DNA of 64,000 nt from Vicugna vicugna (Eukaryota). The stretch lies in NCBI GenBank assembly GCA_013265495.1, contig MU058844.1, forward strand, positions 998,941-1,062,940, read 5' to 3'. The notes under the pieces are model-generated. The model made no database searches, was not told the DNA's origin, and saw only the letters and a program-made list of their open reading frames with translations. The translations under genes and the position numbers were made by a program. This document shows, in pieces, positions 1 to 11,225 of this stretch (position 1 is its first letter; each line of letters opens with the position of its first letter).

Positions 1-1652
1 GTTCTGCCAGAATTCCTAGTCCTTTGGTTTCACCTCTGTTCTTGTGCCTTCTTTCTTCTCCTTAGAAGGGTTAAGACACTGCCTCAGATTTCCTTTCTAG
101 TCATCCTGACATAGGGTGTGGCAGCCAGTAGACAGTTGTTATACCCAGTAGGACTTAAGGGTCATTAAGTATTATTTACTGCCCAGTGTCTCAAATATTG
201 GAACTGAGGCAGTAGTAACTGCTGACACAACTTACCGCAGAACTAGAGAAACTTGAACTACAGCAGAGCTTTGGGAGGCCGTCTGCAGAGAAGGGGAGCC
301 CAGGCTCTAGAGTAAATGGTCTGCTTGCTTGCTCTGTCTTTACCACCTCTGTGACCTTGGACAGGACAAGCCGTCCGCCACTGTCAGGCTTCAGGCCACA
401 TATATGAAAGGATATTAAAGTACCTCCCTCAGAAGCTTCTTGCAGAGATAATGGCTGTGCCTTCTTGGAGGCCCTCTCTAAGTGATTATTCCCATGGAGC
501 TGGTTAGAAGCCACAAGTTAACAGAAAAGTTCAGGCTAACACTTTTCTTTTACATTCCCTAAAAGACTAAATCAGTAAGTGATCATTATAAAGTCAGTTC
601 ACCAGGTTTTGACCTAAGCTTTAAGAAGCCAGCAACCACCACCCACACTGTTGGGGTAACACAGTCTCAGTGTACTCGAAATTAAACCACACAGATTAAT
701 GATTTATCCATTCTACTTAGACCTGATGAGAACAGCAAGGCAGGACCAAGAGAAGCTGGTAGCAGCAAAATCTGAACAAATGAGAAGTGTAAGAGGGAAA
801 CCCAGACAGCAGCTGAACATCTCCTCTTATACCTGTGGGGTGGTCTACCCCTGGAAGTGACATTGTCCAGGTGGGTCCAGACAAGGGAGTCAGTGGAACC
901 ACACAACCAGCTGCCAGGTGAGGACTCGGAAGAACAGCTTCCACACTTGGAACAATGGACCCTCCTGGCCGAGTGCAGCAGGCATGCCTGCTTGATGTGA
1001 GCTGAAATTAGGAACTGACCTCTCCCTTCCTTAGAGACTTTTCTAGTTGTTTGTTTATGAAAAACCCTAAGGGGAAGCATGTTCTGAATCTAAGACTGCC
1101 TAAGGAAAAAGGCAGGTGATTTGTTTGTACTGAACAAAGGCTGATCCAATTCAGAAATGATGCAATTGTGGCGTTTTACTTCCCCTTCAGGTACTCAGAG
1201 ATCATCATTAATAGTTCAGCGAGACAGTTCTAGGTTTCTTTTCTGTTCATGTTGTCTAAAGTTGTGAGAAATCGTTCTTTAAAGCTTACTTTGCTCATAG
1301 CCTGAAACAGTTTTTGTGACTCTGTATACTTACTGGAGTGTTTTGATAAGCATTGAATAATAAAGGAAATGATCATTGTGCTTGGGAACACATTAATTTT
1401 CAAACAATTAAAATGCAAATGGAAAGGCATTTGTATCTGCCAGCATTTTCATTAGACAGTACCCCCAGAGAACCTTTATTTGGTGTCTAGGTAGCGATAT
1501 CACATACATTCCCAAGAATGTATGCTGTCTTAAAAAATATTTCTGTATCCTTTATAAAAACAAATTTGAATGAATTCTAATTCAGTCTAATTTACTGAAG
1601 TTTTCATTGCTTAGAATCATTACAGATACTTACTGTGAAGGTTTCCTTAGGT

Positions 1653-1835
1653 CAGTGGTTGTAAAAGTTGAGTCCCTGAATCAAGCATCAGCGTCACTTG
1701 AGAACTTGTTTGAAAGGCAAGTTCTTGCCCCGCCCCTACTCCTGAATCAGAAACTCTGAGGGTGGGGCCCACTGTCTATGTTTTAATAAGCTCTCCCCAC
1801 GATTCTTAGATGTGTTAAAAATTTGAGAACAGCTG
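1653..1835. mobile_element. MER5A-like hAT-Charlie non-autonomous DNA transposon
   Basis: Termini CAGTGGTT... and ...TTTGAGAACAGCTG. Internal GCATCAGCGTCACTTGAGAACTTGTT and CTGAATCAGAAACTCTG. Confidence 0.88.
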
Positions 1836-2749
1836 CTTTAATGGGGGGAAAAGGTCTAATTTATAGATGTTGGCCTTGTGATAACCTCTTCATTAGTCTT
1901 TAATCCTCTCATATTAGTCATATTAGAACATCATTTACTTAGAACTTTGAAAAATGACTCCACTTTCTCCCGTTACACCATCGTCACGTTCACCACCAAG
2001 CCCAAAACGCAGTATCAAGGGCATTTCTCTATTTTGCCAGCATGGAGCCAGCATAAAATAGCCTGAACTCCTGCCAAGGCTGTCTAGAAATGAATTGTTT
2101 CACTTTAGGAAGAAAGAAAAATGAATAAAGTATTTTAGCTTTTGGTTTGTGGAAACGAAGGTCGGACCTCATCTGTGAGTCCCCTCACGCACGCATGATG
2201 CTCAAACTGTCTCTCTTGGGGAATAATGATAATGGGATATTTGATACCCATCCAAAAATTTCCAACCTCTGGTTGTAACTTAAATAAGAAAATTAAGAGT
2301 CTACAAAAAGGTCACCAAGGATTATCAAGTGGGGGGTGGGGCTAAAAAACAGTGAAACTTCTAAAGAGAAAAGGGGACAGGGAGGCACTTTGGATAAGGA
2401 GGGGATACCATGGGGGAAAGGCAATCCTGAGTGTCAGCTTCTCCTTCAAGACTTGGGACAACCACCTTGCAAGCAAGGGTGGCCCTTCACTTCTCAGTGT
2501 GACACACAGGTGTTCTCTCTTATCTACAGAGGGGCCAGTTTTTCTTGTGCTTGTGCCTCCTGCTGAGTTACTTGATCAGGGAAGATCTTGGTGGGGGAGA
2601 AAGCCACCTGGGATGTGCCCCATACAAAGTCTAAAGCCTGACAGATTCTTTTTGTGCCATGAGTATCTAGATCTAAGGCTGCAAGCTGTAGAGTTTTGAC
2701 TGGCCTTCTAGCTTAAAAAAATTTCAACATTAAAAATTAGGAGATTTTA

Positions 2750-3096
2750 CAGACGCATAGATAAATGTAACAGGATAGATAGCCCAGAAATAAACCCAGG
2801 CACTTACGGTCAATTAATCTATGACAAAGGAGGCAAGAATATACAATGGAGAAGACAGCCTCTTCAATAAATTGTGCTAGGAAAACTGGACAGCTACGTG
2901 TAAAAGAATGAAATTAGAACATTCTCTAACACCATATACAAAAATAAACTCAAAATGGACTAAAGGACTAAATGTAAGACTGGATACTATAAAACTCCGA
3001 GAGGAAAACGTTCTTTGACATAAATTGCAGCACTATTTTTTTGTATCTGTCTTTTACAGTAATAGAAACAAAAGCAAAAATAAACAAATGAGATCT
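2750..3096 (+). mobile_element. Internal L1 ORF2 fragment with 17-bp TSD and no poly(A)
   Basis: L1 ORF2 motifs (CCCAGAAATAAACCCA, GGAAAACTGGACAGCTAC, AAAATAAACTCAAAATGG). Flanked by AAAATTAGGAGATTTTA at 2733-49 and 3097-3113. Confidence 0.93.
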
Positions 3097-3319
3097 AAAA
3101 TTAGGAGATTTTATAGAAAAGTTTGAATTGCAAGTTTTTTTTTTTTGTTTTGTGTTTTTTTCTTTAACCATCTAAACTAGATCTGAGGACAGGCTGGCTG
3201 TTTCAGATAGGACAGCAGTGTCCAGTTCGCCATACTTTCTGCTTCTCCCACAGTCTCCCTGACACAAGCTAATGTTGGTTCTTATTTATCTTTGTGCTTG
3301 TAAAGTTTTATTTCTTCTA

Positions 3320-3715
3320 CCATAACCACAAATAATGGCCCCAAACTGGAAACAACCCCAATGTCCATCATCAGTAAATGCATTGATGTATTAAACTCTG
3401 AAAGTGAAGGAACAATTGTTCTAGTCCCAAACATGATGTTCAGTGAAAGAAGCCAGACTGTATGTTTCCGTTTATAAGAATGACAAGAATGGGCTAAGTT
3501 AATCGATAGTGTTAGAAGTTAGCTTGGTGGTTTTTAATCTTTTGGGAGAGGCAGTAACTGTGAGTCAGGACTGTGGCTTCTGGGATGATTTTATATGTTC
3601 AATTTCCTGACCCGTGTGCTGGCACCCGAGTGTGTTGTCTTTGTGGAAATTCGTTCACTGGTATACTTACATCGTGTGCACTTTTCTGTTTATGTGTACT
3701 TTTCTTGAATAAGAA
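3320..3715 (+). mobile_element. Old L1 (L1ME-like) 3' end
   Basis: CCAAACTGGAAACAACCCCAATGTCCATC, GTGAAAGAAGCCAGAC and terminal GTGCACTTTTCTG...AATAAG are typical of old L1 3' ends. Confidence 0.75.
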
Positions 3716-5559
3716 TATACTTGAAAGAGTGTCTGTGCTAACAGATTGTATCCTGGTTTGCTTACTTGTTTACATGTTTGCTGGCCAATACAGGTCTTCA
3801 AATTGGCAAATTTCTAAAAAAAATATTATTTTTCTTGTGTTTGAAAAGAGGTATGATTTTCATTTGAGCTACTTTTTAGGTTTTAAGGTTATAAAAATAC
3901 AATGCAACCATATTTAAAATGATTAATTTCAATGCCTCTAGATATTTCTTAACATCTTTTGAGTTCTTTACTTAAGAAGGTTTTCTAGACAGTACATATT
4001 CTGAGCTGTTTCATATCTGAAAATGTCTTTATTTTGCTTTCATATATGAATGCTGGATATAGAATTTTTGCATCACAATATATTCCTATGAAAGTCTAGA
4101 CATTTTTATAAGATTCAGTCAGTAGTATTTGAGATTGGAGGCCAATAGAATATTTGCATTTTGGTGGGTACTTTAAATTTTATTCTAAAAAGTTTCTTTG
4201 TGATGTATAATTTAACTATTAAATTTGTTTCTATATTTTCTCTTTTTTAAAAAATGGATTGTTCATACTTGAAGCTAGAAATGCTTAACCAGCACATGTC
4301 AAAGTGGATTCAGTTTTGCCTAGGATCTGGTGTGCCTTCTCAGTTACTTAAATGCTTTTCCCAAATAAGAAATATTTTCTGTATTATTTGACAGTTCTTT
4401 CTCTTTTGTTGTTGTCTTTCTTTAGGGGACATCTGTTGTTATTTCATGACTCTGATATTTCATCTATTCTCCACATTATTTTCATTGCTTTTATCTTCTC
4501 CCTTGTCATCAGGAATAATATCTTGACATCATTTACTATTTGCTTGTTCCGCTTTCTTCAGAGTCCAGACTGCTTTTAACTGCTTCTCTAGTGACTTTAA
4601 CATCAGTTTTACTTCTAAGATAAAGAGGATGATTCCACTGCAATTCTTTTTTATTGCATATGTTTCCTTTTTCATGATGACAGATTCTAGGGTCTTGAAT
4701 CATGTTGAAATATGAATTAATCAATGTGTCATAAACTGAAGTATATGATACACTCAGCTATATACTTGTGGTCTAAAAATTAAGGTCAAAGAATCTTGAA
4801 TCAGATAATTTCTAATTTTTCTGTTCCTTAAAATAATAGTTTCAAAGAAAGGTAGCTCTACTGAGCCACCTTAGAATTTTTTACCTTAGTCTTATGATCT
4901 GTAGACTATTTTACTGGGCTCTGTAGTTATCCTATTTGCAGTTCTTACAGAGGGATGTATTTACTTGCTTGCTGTTGAGTTATGGCCAAGAAAGTGTTGG
5001 TCTGGGTTCTGATAATGTGTGGGCGTGTGACAGAGTATCTCAATTAGAATTTGTTTGAAGGAAGAAATGATAAAAATAAATTAATCAATAAAAAATGTTA
5101 AAAAAAAAAGAAACATACATGGAGAAAAAAATTAAATCACCAGATCGTTTGCTCAGTGATTTTTAAGACTAAGAGGTTTGAAGAAGGATCTAGAGTCACA
5201 GCTGTAGTCACAACCAGCTCTTTGTGCTGTTGCACAAATGCAGGGCAGAACAACTCCCCATCGTGCTCAGTCTCCTACTTGTTGAAATTTTTTGTCAAGA
5301 AAAAGTCTGGGGCCTTCCAACGCAGGTAACTGCTGCAGCCCTAGCGCTATTTATCAGCTGAGATGAGAGGGTCATAAGGGCTGGGCTTCCCAATGAGTTC
5401 CCAGTGGCCTCCTTTCTGAGTCTCAGGACAAAACCAATCTCACCTCTTTTAGTTGGGGTTCCAGTAGATTTTTGTTAATAGCCTCCCTGGATTCAAGACC
5501 TGTTCCCTTTTCCAAAGAGTTATGACTTCCATTTGGGGTTTATGTGTTTCTGTCATGCT

Positions 5560-6030
5560 TATGACATGCCCACCTTGAAGGGTGGAACACATGATCTTGG
5601 CTAAGCCAAATATGTATTCCACCCCCCAGCTGCAAGGATTATTTAGAAGATGGTTGTAAGCTAAGCCAGTCCAATCAATGTGACTGTCAGGAATTTTGCT
5701 GACAGTACTACTCAAAGACTCTCTTTCCTGATTGATGTGAAAAAGGAGGCATGAGGCACTGGTACTGTTGACAGCAGTTATGAGACCGTAGGGGTGGAGC
5801 AGCTGGGATATTTTACATATATATATATATCTGACACCAAGGCAGGGAGAGTGGAGTAAGAAAACAAACAAACAAAAGCAGGCTTTAGGGACAGCATTGA
5901 ATAACTAAACCAGTGTTCGTTGGACCCCGGAAAGACATTCCTCTGCATTTACTTTTTCTCAAGTTATTTAATTGTTAAGCTACTTTGAGTCATGCTTTCT
6001 TTGCTTGCATACAAATGGATCCTCAATGGT
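5560..6030 (+). mobile_element. Old MLT1-type LTR remnant
   Basis: CACATGATCTTGGCTAAGCCAA, AGCCAGTCCAATCA and the 3' motif TTAAGCTACTTTGAGTCATGCTTTCTTTGCTTGCA. Confidence 0.55.
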
Positions 6031-6248
6031 ATAGAGTTGTCTTTGGGAGTCTATTATTTCCTCTTCCTACCATCTAGAAACATTGTTCTCAGGAAGATGG
6101 CAGCTTTCATCATCTTTCTTTGATCCAGAACTTCTTTGACTGTATCTGGAAAATAAACTTCTGTAGATATGTGATCTGTAGGTTGCACCAGTCCTTGATT
6201 TCCAGTGGTTATGCAGATGTGTACAAATATGATTGTTTTGTTGGTCAC

Positions 6249-6558
6249 TGTATTTTCTATTACTGCATAACAGATTACCATACATTTAGTGGCTCAAAAC
6301 AACCAACATTGTTTATCTCAAGTTGCTGTGGATTAGGAGTCCGGGCATAGTTTATCTGAATCTTCTGCTCACTGTCTCACAAGGCTGCAATCAAAGTATT
6401 GGCTGGGCTGCATTCCTTTCTGGAGTTCAGGGTCTTCTTCACATCACCTTTGCCATATTCTATAGGTTAGAAGCAAATCACAAGTCCCACCTATGCTCGA
6501 AGGGAGGGGGCTTACTCAGGAGTGTGACTTGGGGGCACATTAGGCTGTGTCCACCACA
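6249..6558 (-). mobile_element. MaLR LTR (MLT1 family)
   Basis: TGTATTTTCTATTACTGCATAACAGATTACC...AGTGGCTCAAAACAAC...TCTCACAAGGCTGCAATCAA...CCACCACA. Confidence 0.8.
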
Positions 6559-8200
6559 ATCATTTTAATAGTTATTTAGTGTTTTTAGAATTGGTATGTG
6601 GCTATGTCCCCCACCTTTTGAGCCGTATCTTTCTTTTACTATTTGACATCAGGTTGGCCTGAAAAATAGTTTTAGTGTTTTTGGGAGAGAGAAACCAGTG
6701 TGGAAAAGTGGAAATAAACCAAGCAACTGAACAGTTTAGAAACCCATGAAGAAGGCACAGCTAAGGTTTCATAATTCCTTAGGCTGCCCTGGCTCTGTAG
6801 CAGCCCACCTGTGTTTGCCAAGACCCAACAGAAGCACTGTGGGGTGTATTTCTTCTGTTTAATTTTAGTGTGGGCTGCTTTGAATTTTACTTTGACGTTC
6901 AACAGGGTCTTACAGTAATGCTCAAACTTATGTGAATGAATTTGCCCTGATGATAACTAAACCAGCAGCAAATCACCTACTGGAAAGTGTGGAGTTGAGA
7001 TTTAGGTGTGAAATTCATTTCCGAATTGTGCTGAAGTTCTAAGCTGCTGCTGATTTACCCAGCACATTTCATCCAGCTCAACCCAGCCAGCTTTTAGTGA
7101 TGACATTTTTCAAGTGACCAGGTTTGCCTCCCTTGTCAGAATTCTAGCTGTGAAGAAGTTAATGACTGCAACAACAATCTTGGAAATGAGTTTTAAAAGC
7201 CCAATGTTGGGGGGAGACGAGCCTGTGAATTTTATTTTAAATGTAGTAAAGCTAGAACAGATAATTTGGCTGAAAAGTATCTTGTTCCTGGTTCTTCTTT
7301 ATGATTTAGGAGCAATTGTAAGATTTCATCCACTTCCCTATATCTCTGTCCCCAAGTCATAATTCTGCCATGATTATGTCAAAATTATCTCCACAGTAGC
7401 CAATTGTGGTGTTACAAACAGAGAATTAAGACTTCAGGTGGTGAATAAGCAGAACAGTGGGAGCCCTAGAAACGGAGAGGCATAAACCTTCTGCTCTTCT
7501 GATAATTGTTCCTGAGGACAGCAGAGTTAGGGGAGAGAGAAAACATGGCTGGTTATATAAGCCAGAATTATTTCTAAATGGAAGAATGGTGGATCCAATT
7601 TTCTCAAATGACGCTCATGAATTGTTCTCAAGCAGAGGAACTCTGTGAGATGGGTTATATTACTGTCACATTATATACGGATGTGAAATTTTTTTCAAAG
7701 TGTGGTACATACTATTTCCTATACCACCTACAGTCATTATATAAAGAGAGAATCATCTTTAAACTTTTATGACCAAAAAAGTGCTTTGCCTGATTTTATT
7801 TTCTTTGCATGCCAGAACATTTCTAAGATTATTGTCCAAAGGATTATAATAATCTGAAACTGATTTGTGTGTGAAATAGCCTGGTGGTGGGTGCATTTAT
7901 TGAGAAATAATCAGTGTATGAGGCTAATTATATTCCATTAGAAAGCTAAAAAATTACTCACAATTAATTGGTTTTATTTCTTTTGGTAGAGGTTGCTGTA
8001 TTTGGTGGCTGTGCATTTTGTTCAACCCTGGGAGTGCCCTTTGTGCATGAGATGCAGCATCTCACAGGATCAACAGATTAACTCAGGAAAGATTTCAGGG
8101 GTCCATATGGTTCTGTATGGGGAAAAAAAATCAATACTTTATATTCTTATTTTTTGTTTTTCATAGATAAGGAGATTTTTAAAAATATATAGTATACTTT

Positions 8201-8622
8201 GAGATTTTTCTTGTTTCCTGAGGAAAATGTGTATTACTACAAACTTTCATCTTAGAATTGCTTTTGCTGCATCCCATAGGTTTTGGATCATCATGTTTTC
8301 ATTTTCATTTGTTTCTAGGTATTTTTTGATTTCCACTTTGATTTCTTCAGTGATCCATTGGGTGTTTAGTAGCATATTGTTTAGCCTCCATGTGTTTGTG
8401 TTTTTTGCAGTTTTTACCTTGTGGTTGATTTCTAATCTCATAGCATAGCAGATAACTATATATATATTTACTGTTTTAAGTTGCTGATCTCTTAATTTCA
8501 AGTGTATTTTAAAAACCCTGCATTTGTACTCTCCTCCCCTCATAGTTCCTATTTGTTGATATAATAGTTTACATCTAGTTGTTTTGTGTATCTCTTAACT
8601 GCTTATTGTGGATATAGATGAG
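8201..8622 (-). mobile_element. Rearranged internal L1 fragment (inter-ORF piece joined to the end of the ORF2 endonuclease region)
   Basis: ORF 8247-8543(-) contains TNTWRLNNMLLNTQWITEEIKVEIKKYLETNENENMMIQNLWDAAKAILR (L1 ORF2). Flanking direct repeat AAAATATATAGTATA at 8182-96 and 8623-37. Confidence 0.9.
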
Positions 8623-8880
8623 AAAATATATAGTATATTTTAACATTGTATCTGACAAAGATTCTTCTGCTATCTTTCTGGGCAAGAGGGGAAGTGTGCG
8701 TTAAATTGGAATTCAGGTAGGTTAATGGGGGTCAGCACTACCCCATAAGGGCTCATGATGGTACAGGTAGAAGGACAGGCTGCTTTGGGCCTGTGTTGAT
8801 CAACATTTTTATCAATGTTTGATAGAATAGAAGTCCTGTTTATCAAATTTGTGGATGCCGCAGTGATAGATGGCATCCAT
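8623..8880 (+). mobile_element. Ancient CR1/L3 LINE reverse-transcriptase remnant (probably continues upstream of the L1 insert, about 8110-8200)
   Basis: Degenerate translation PVLINIFIN..DRIEVLFIKFVDA resembles the CR1 motif GPVLFNIFINDLD.GIE..LIKFADD. Upstream IVY..FNIVSDK resembles IVYLDFSKAFDK. Confidence 0.6.
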
Positions 8881-11004
8881 ACACTACTGTGTTTAACTCT
8901 CATGTAAAGCCATACTGTAAAGAACATATGAATAATGTCTTGACATTTATCAGGACAGAGCCCTCATATTCTTTGTTTCTGGTATTATTTCAAATGAACT
9001 CTTGCTATTCAAGATGTGATTAAATTTCAGAATGTTAAGGTGCAGTATTTAAGCACCAGTTTGACTTTCTCATCAGCAGAACCATGTCTTTTTAAGTTTG
9101 TAGGAAAGATTTAAAAGCAATTTTAATTCAAGCTTTTCACAGAGTATGGCTAGATTCGTTAAGTTTTGTTACATTTTAGTTCTATCTACTCCTTCCTGAC
9201 ATTAGCATTATCTCCCGAGAGATTAGGAAAATGGAAGCATCCTTCACTCATTGTTCCTACATGTTTTGCTTGGTTCTAAATGTGGTTTTACTTCATTGTT
9301 TTTCAAACACAGTTGTCTCATTAGAAGGTCCATGGCTGTGTTATCCTGGACTCATTATAAATATATTTTTTCTCACATTTTAATTTTTTTTAGATTCTAG
9401 ATGCCCTTGGTCAAAACTCCTGTGAGTGCTTTTTTTCTTTCCCATGGTTTTGCCTTCAACAAAATCAGTCTCAGAAATTTCCAACTAGCAGAGAACAAAA
9501 AGAAAAGTCACAGAAAATATGGAGGGTGACAATATCTACTCTGCTTAGTACAAGCTTCTCAGGGGACCTAACTTTTTAGTCTCTACAGGAAACAGAGAAT
9601 CAAAAACTAGGAGGGAGGTATAGAGTCACCAGTGCAAAGCCCTTTGCTTTTCAGTCACAGAAACAAAGCCCAGAGAGATTAAATGACTTGCCCAAGATAA
9701 TTTAGCTTCTAATGCGATGCTGATATTAAAATCTAGGTCAGTGCTCTTTCCAAAACCCATTACTGACCAAGGCCTTGTAATAAAGACACTCAGAGTAATA
9801 CTGAGGAGGATGACACCACCGTTTACATTTTGTGACTTGTTCCTTCGTTGATTAACCTTTAAGGAATCCTGATTTTTACCTTGACGCTTCAGGTCATGGC
9901 AAGCTATCTAAGGACTTTATAACCGTTATCTGTGACATCAGAGAACTTAATGTCAACATTTATTCTGGTGGCTTTGTCTTTGATCCTTTTTAAAGAATTT
10001 TTTATTATGTAAAGTTCTGAGCAACACAGATTATTCTATCAGAACTGGAGAATTGTCTCAGTATCCAGTGTTATGTAAGTCCTCAGCACCTGGTGAGCTA
10101 AGGAAATAGTAAGAAACAGTGGCTTTTGGTGTGTGAAAGCAAAAGGAAGGTGCAGTGATAAAATATTTCTATTTTATGTATTTGTTTATTTATTAAATAT
10201 GTGAATTTATTTGCTCATTTAAAAAATTTTATCTTACTTCTCCACTTCTTTCATTGTCTCTGAGATTTGGCTCCAATGAGCTTACTTGTTCTGATTCTAA
10301 TATTTGGCTCATTTGCTGCAGTACTTGCTAATCAAATTGTATACCAGTAAAAGCCTATTTAAAGACATGTTTAGTTTATACTTTGCTTGTCTGCTTTACC
10401 CTTTTCATTATGCTCCAGTGTTACAAAAGAGTTCCTTCCATATTGGAGGTAAAGTTGTACTGAAGTTAACATACTAGTAATTAACTAAATCAGTTCAATA
10501 AGCATTTAAATAATGATAAAACAATAACAACAATAGTAACAGCACAATGTTGTAATTCTGACTTTGTGCCAGGATTTAAAGGCAAAAAGATGAGTAAGAC
10601 ACAGGCATTGCTGATTTGCAGACCTGGGTCCCATTTATCTTTCCCTTCCTTCTAGCATCTGGTCTCATCCCTGTTTGCAGCAGAAGTGGAATTTGGCTAA
10701 GCAGAGAGGAGGCAGAAGGCATTTTTAACAAAACTTGCAGTCGAGTGTGAATAGGGTATGTAGGGGAAGGACTTGGGCATGAAGTGGTGACTGAGCAGAA
10801 GGGTTACACTGCTAAGAAAGATTTGACAGAGATAGAATCCGTCATCTCTTTCTATTAAGGCAGGATGAGGCAGCACCCTAATGTGGTTTATGTAAGAATC
10901 CTGATGCCCAGGAGAGTACAGCAGGAGAGAGCCAAACATAGCATTGCAGCACAACTCCCAACATCTTGGAGTAAGAAGAAGAAGATGCTGTTGTGATGAT
11001 GATG

Positions 11005-11225
11005 ATAGCATTCAGTTATTGAGCATTTAATGTGTGCCAGGTACTTTCCATACATTATCTCTTTGAATTGGTTTGCCAGAGACTCAGACCCTTAATCTGG
11101 GCTGCAGTTGCATTTTGTTTGGTCCTCATAGAGAGGTTAATTGACTTCCTTGAGGTCACACAGCTAGTAAATAGCAGAACCAGGTTTGATCCCACATCTG
11201 TCCAACTGGAAAGTCAATGCCCAAA
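11005..11225 (-). mobile_element. MIR SINE
   Basis: AGAGAGGTTAATTGACTTCCTTGAGGTCACACAGCTAGTAAATAGCAGAACCAGGTTTGATCCCA. Confidence 0.82.

Noticed and set aside
682..1080. 132-aa minus-strand ORF with a possible acceptor near 1003
   Set aside because: No recognisable homology and no good donor site.
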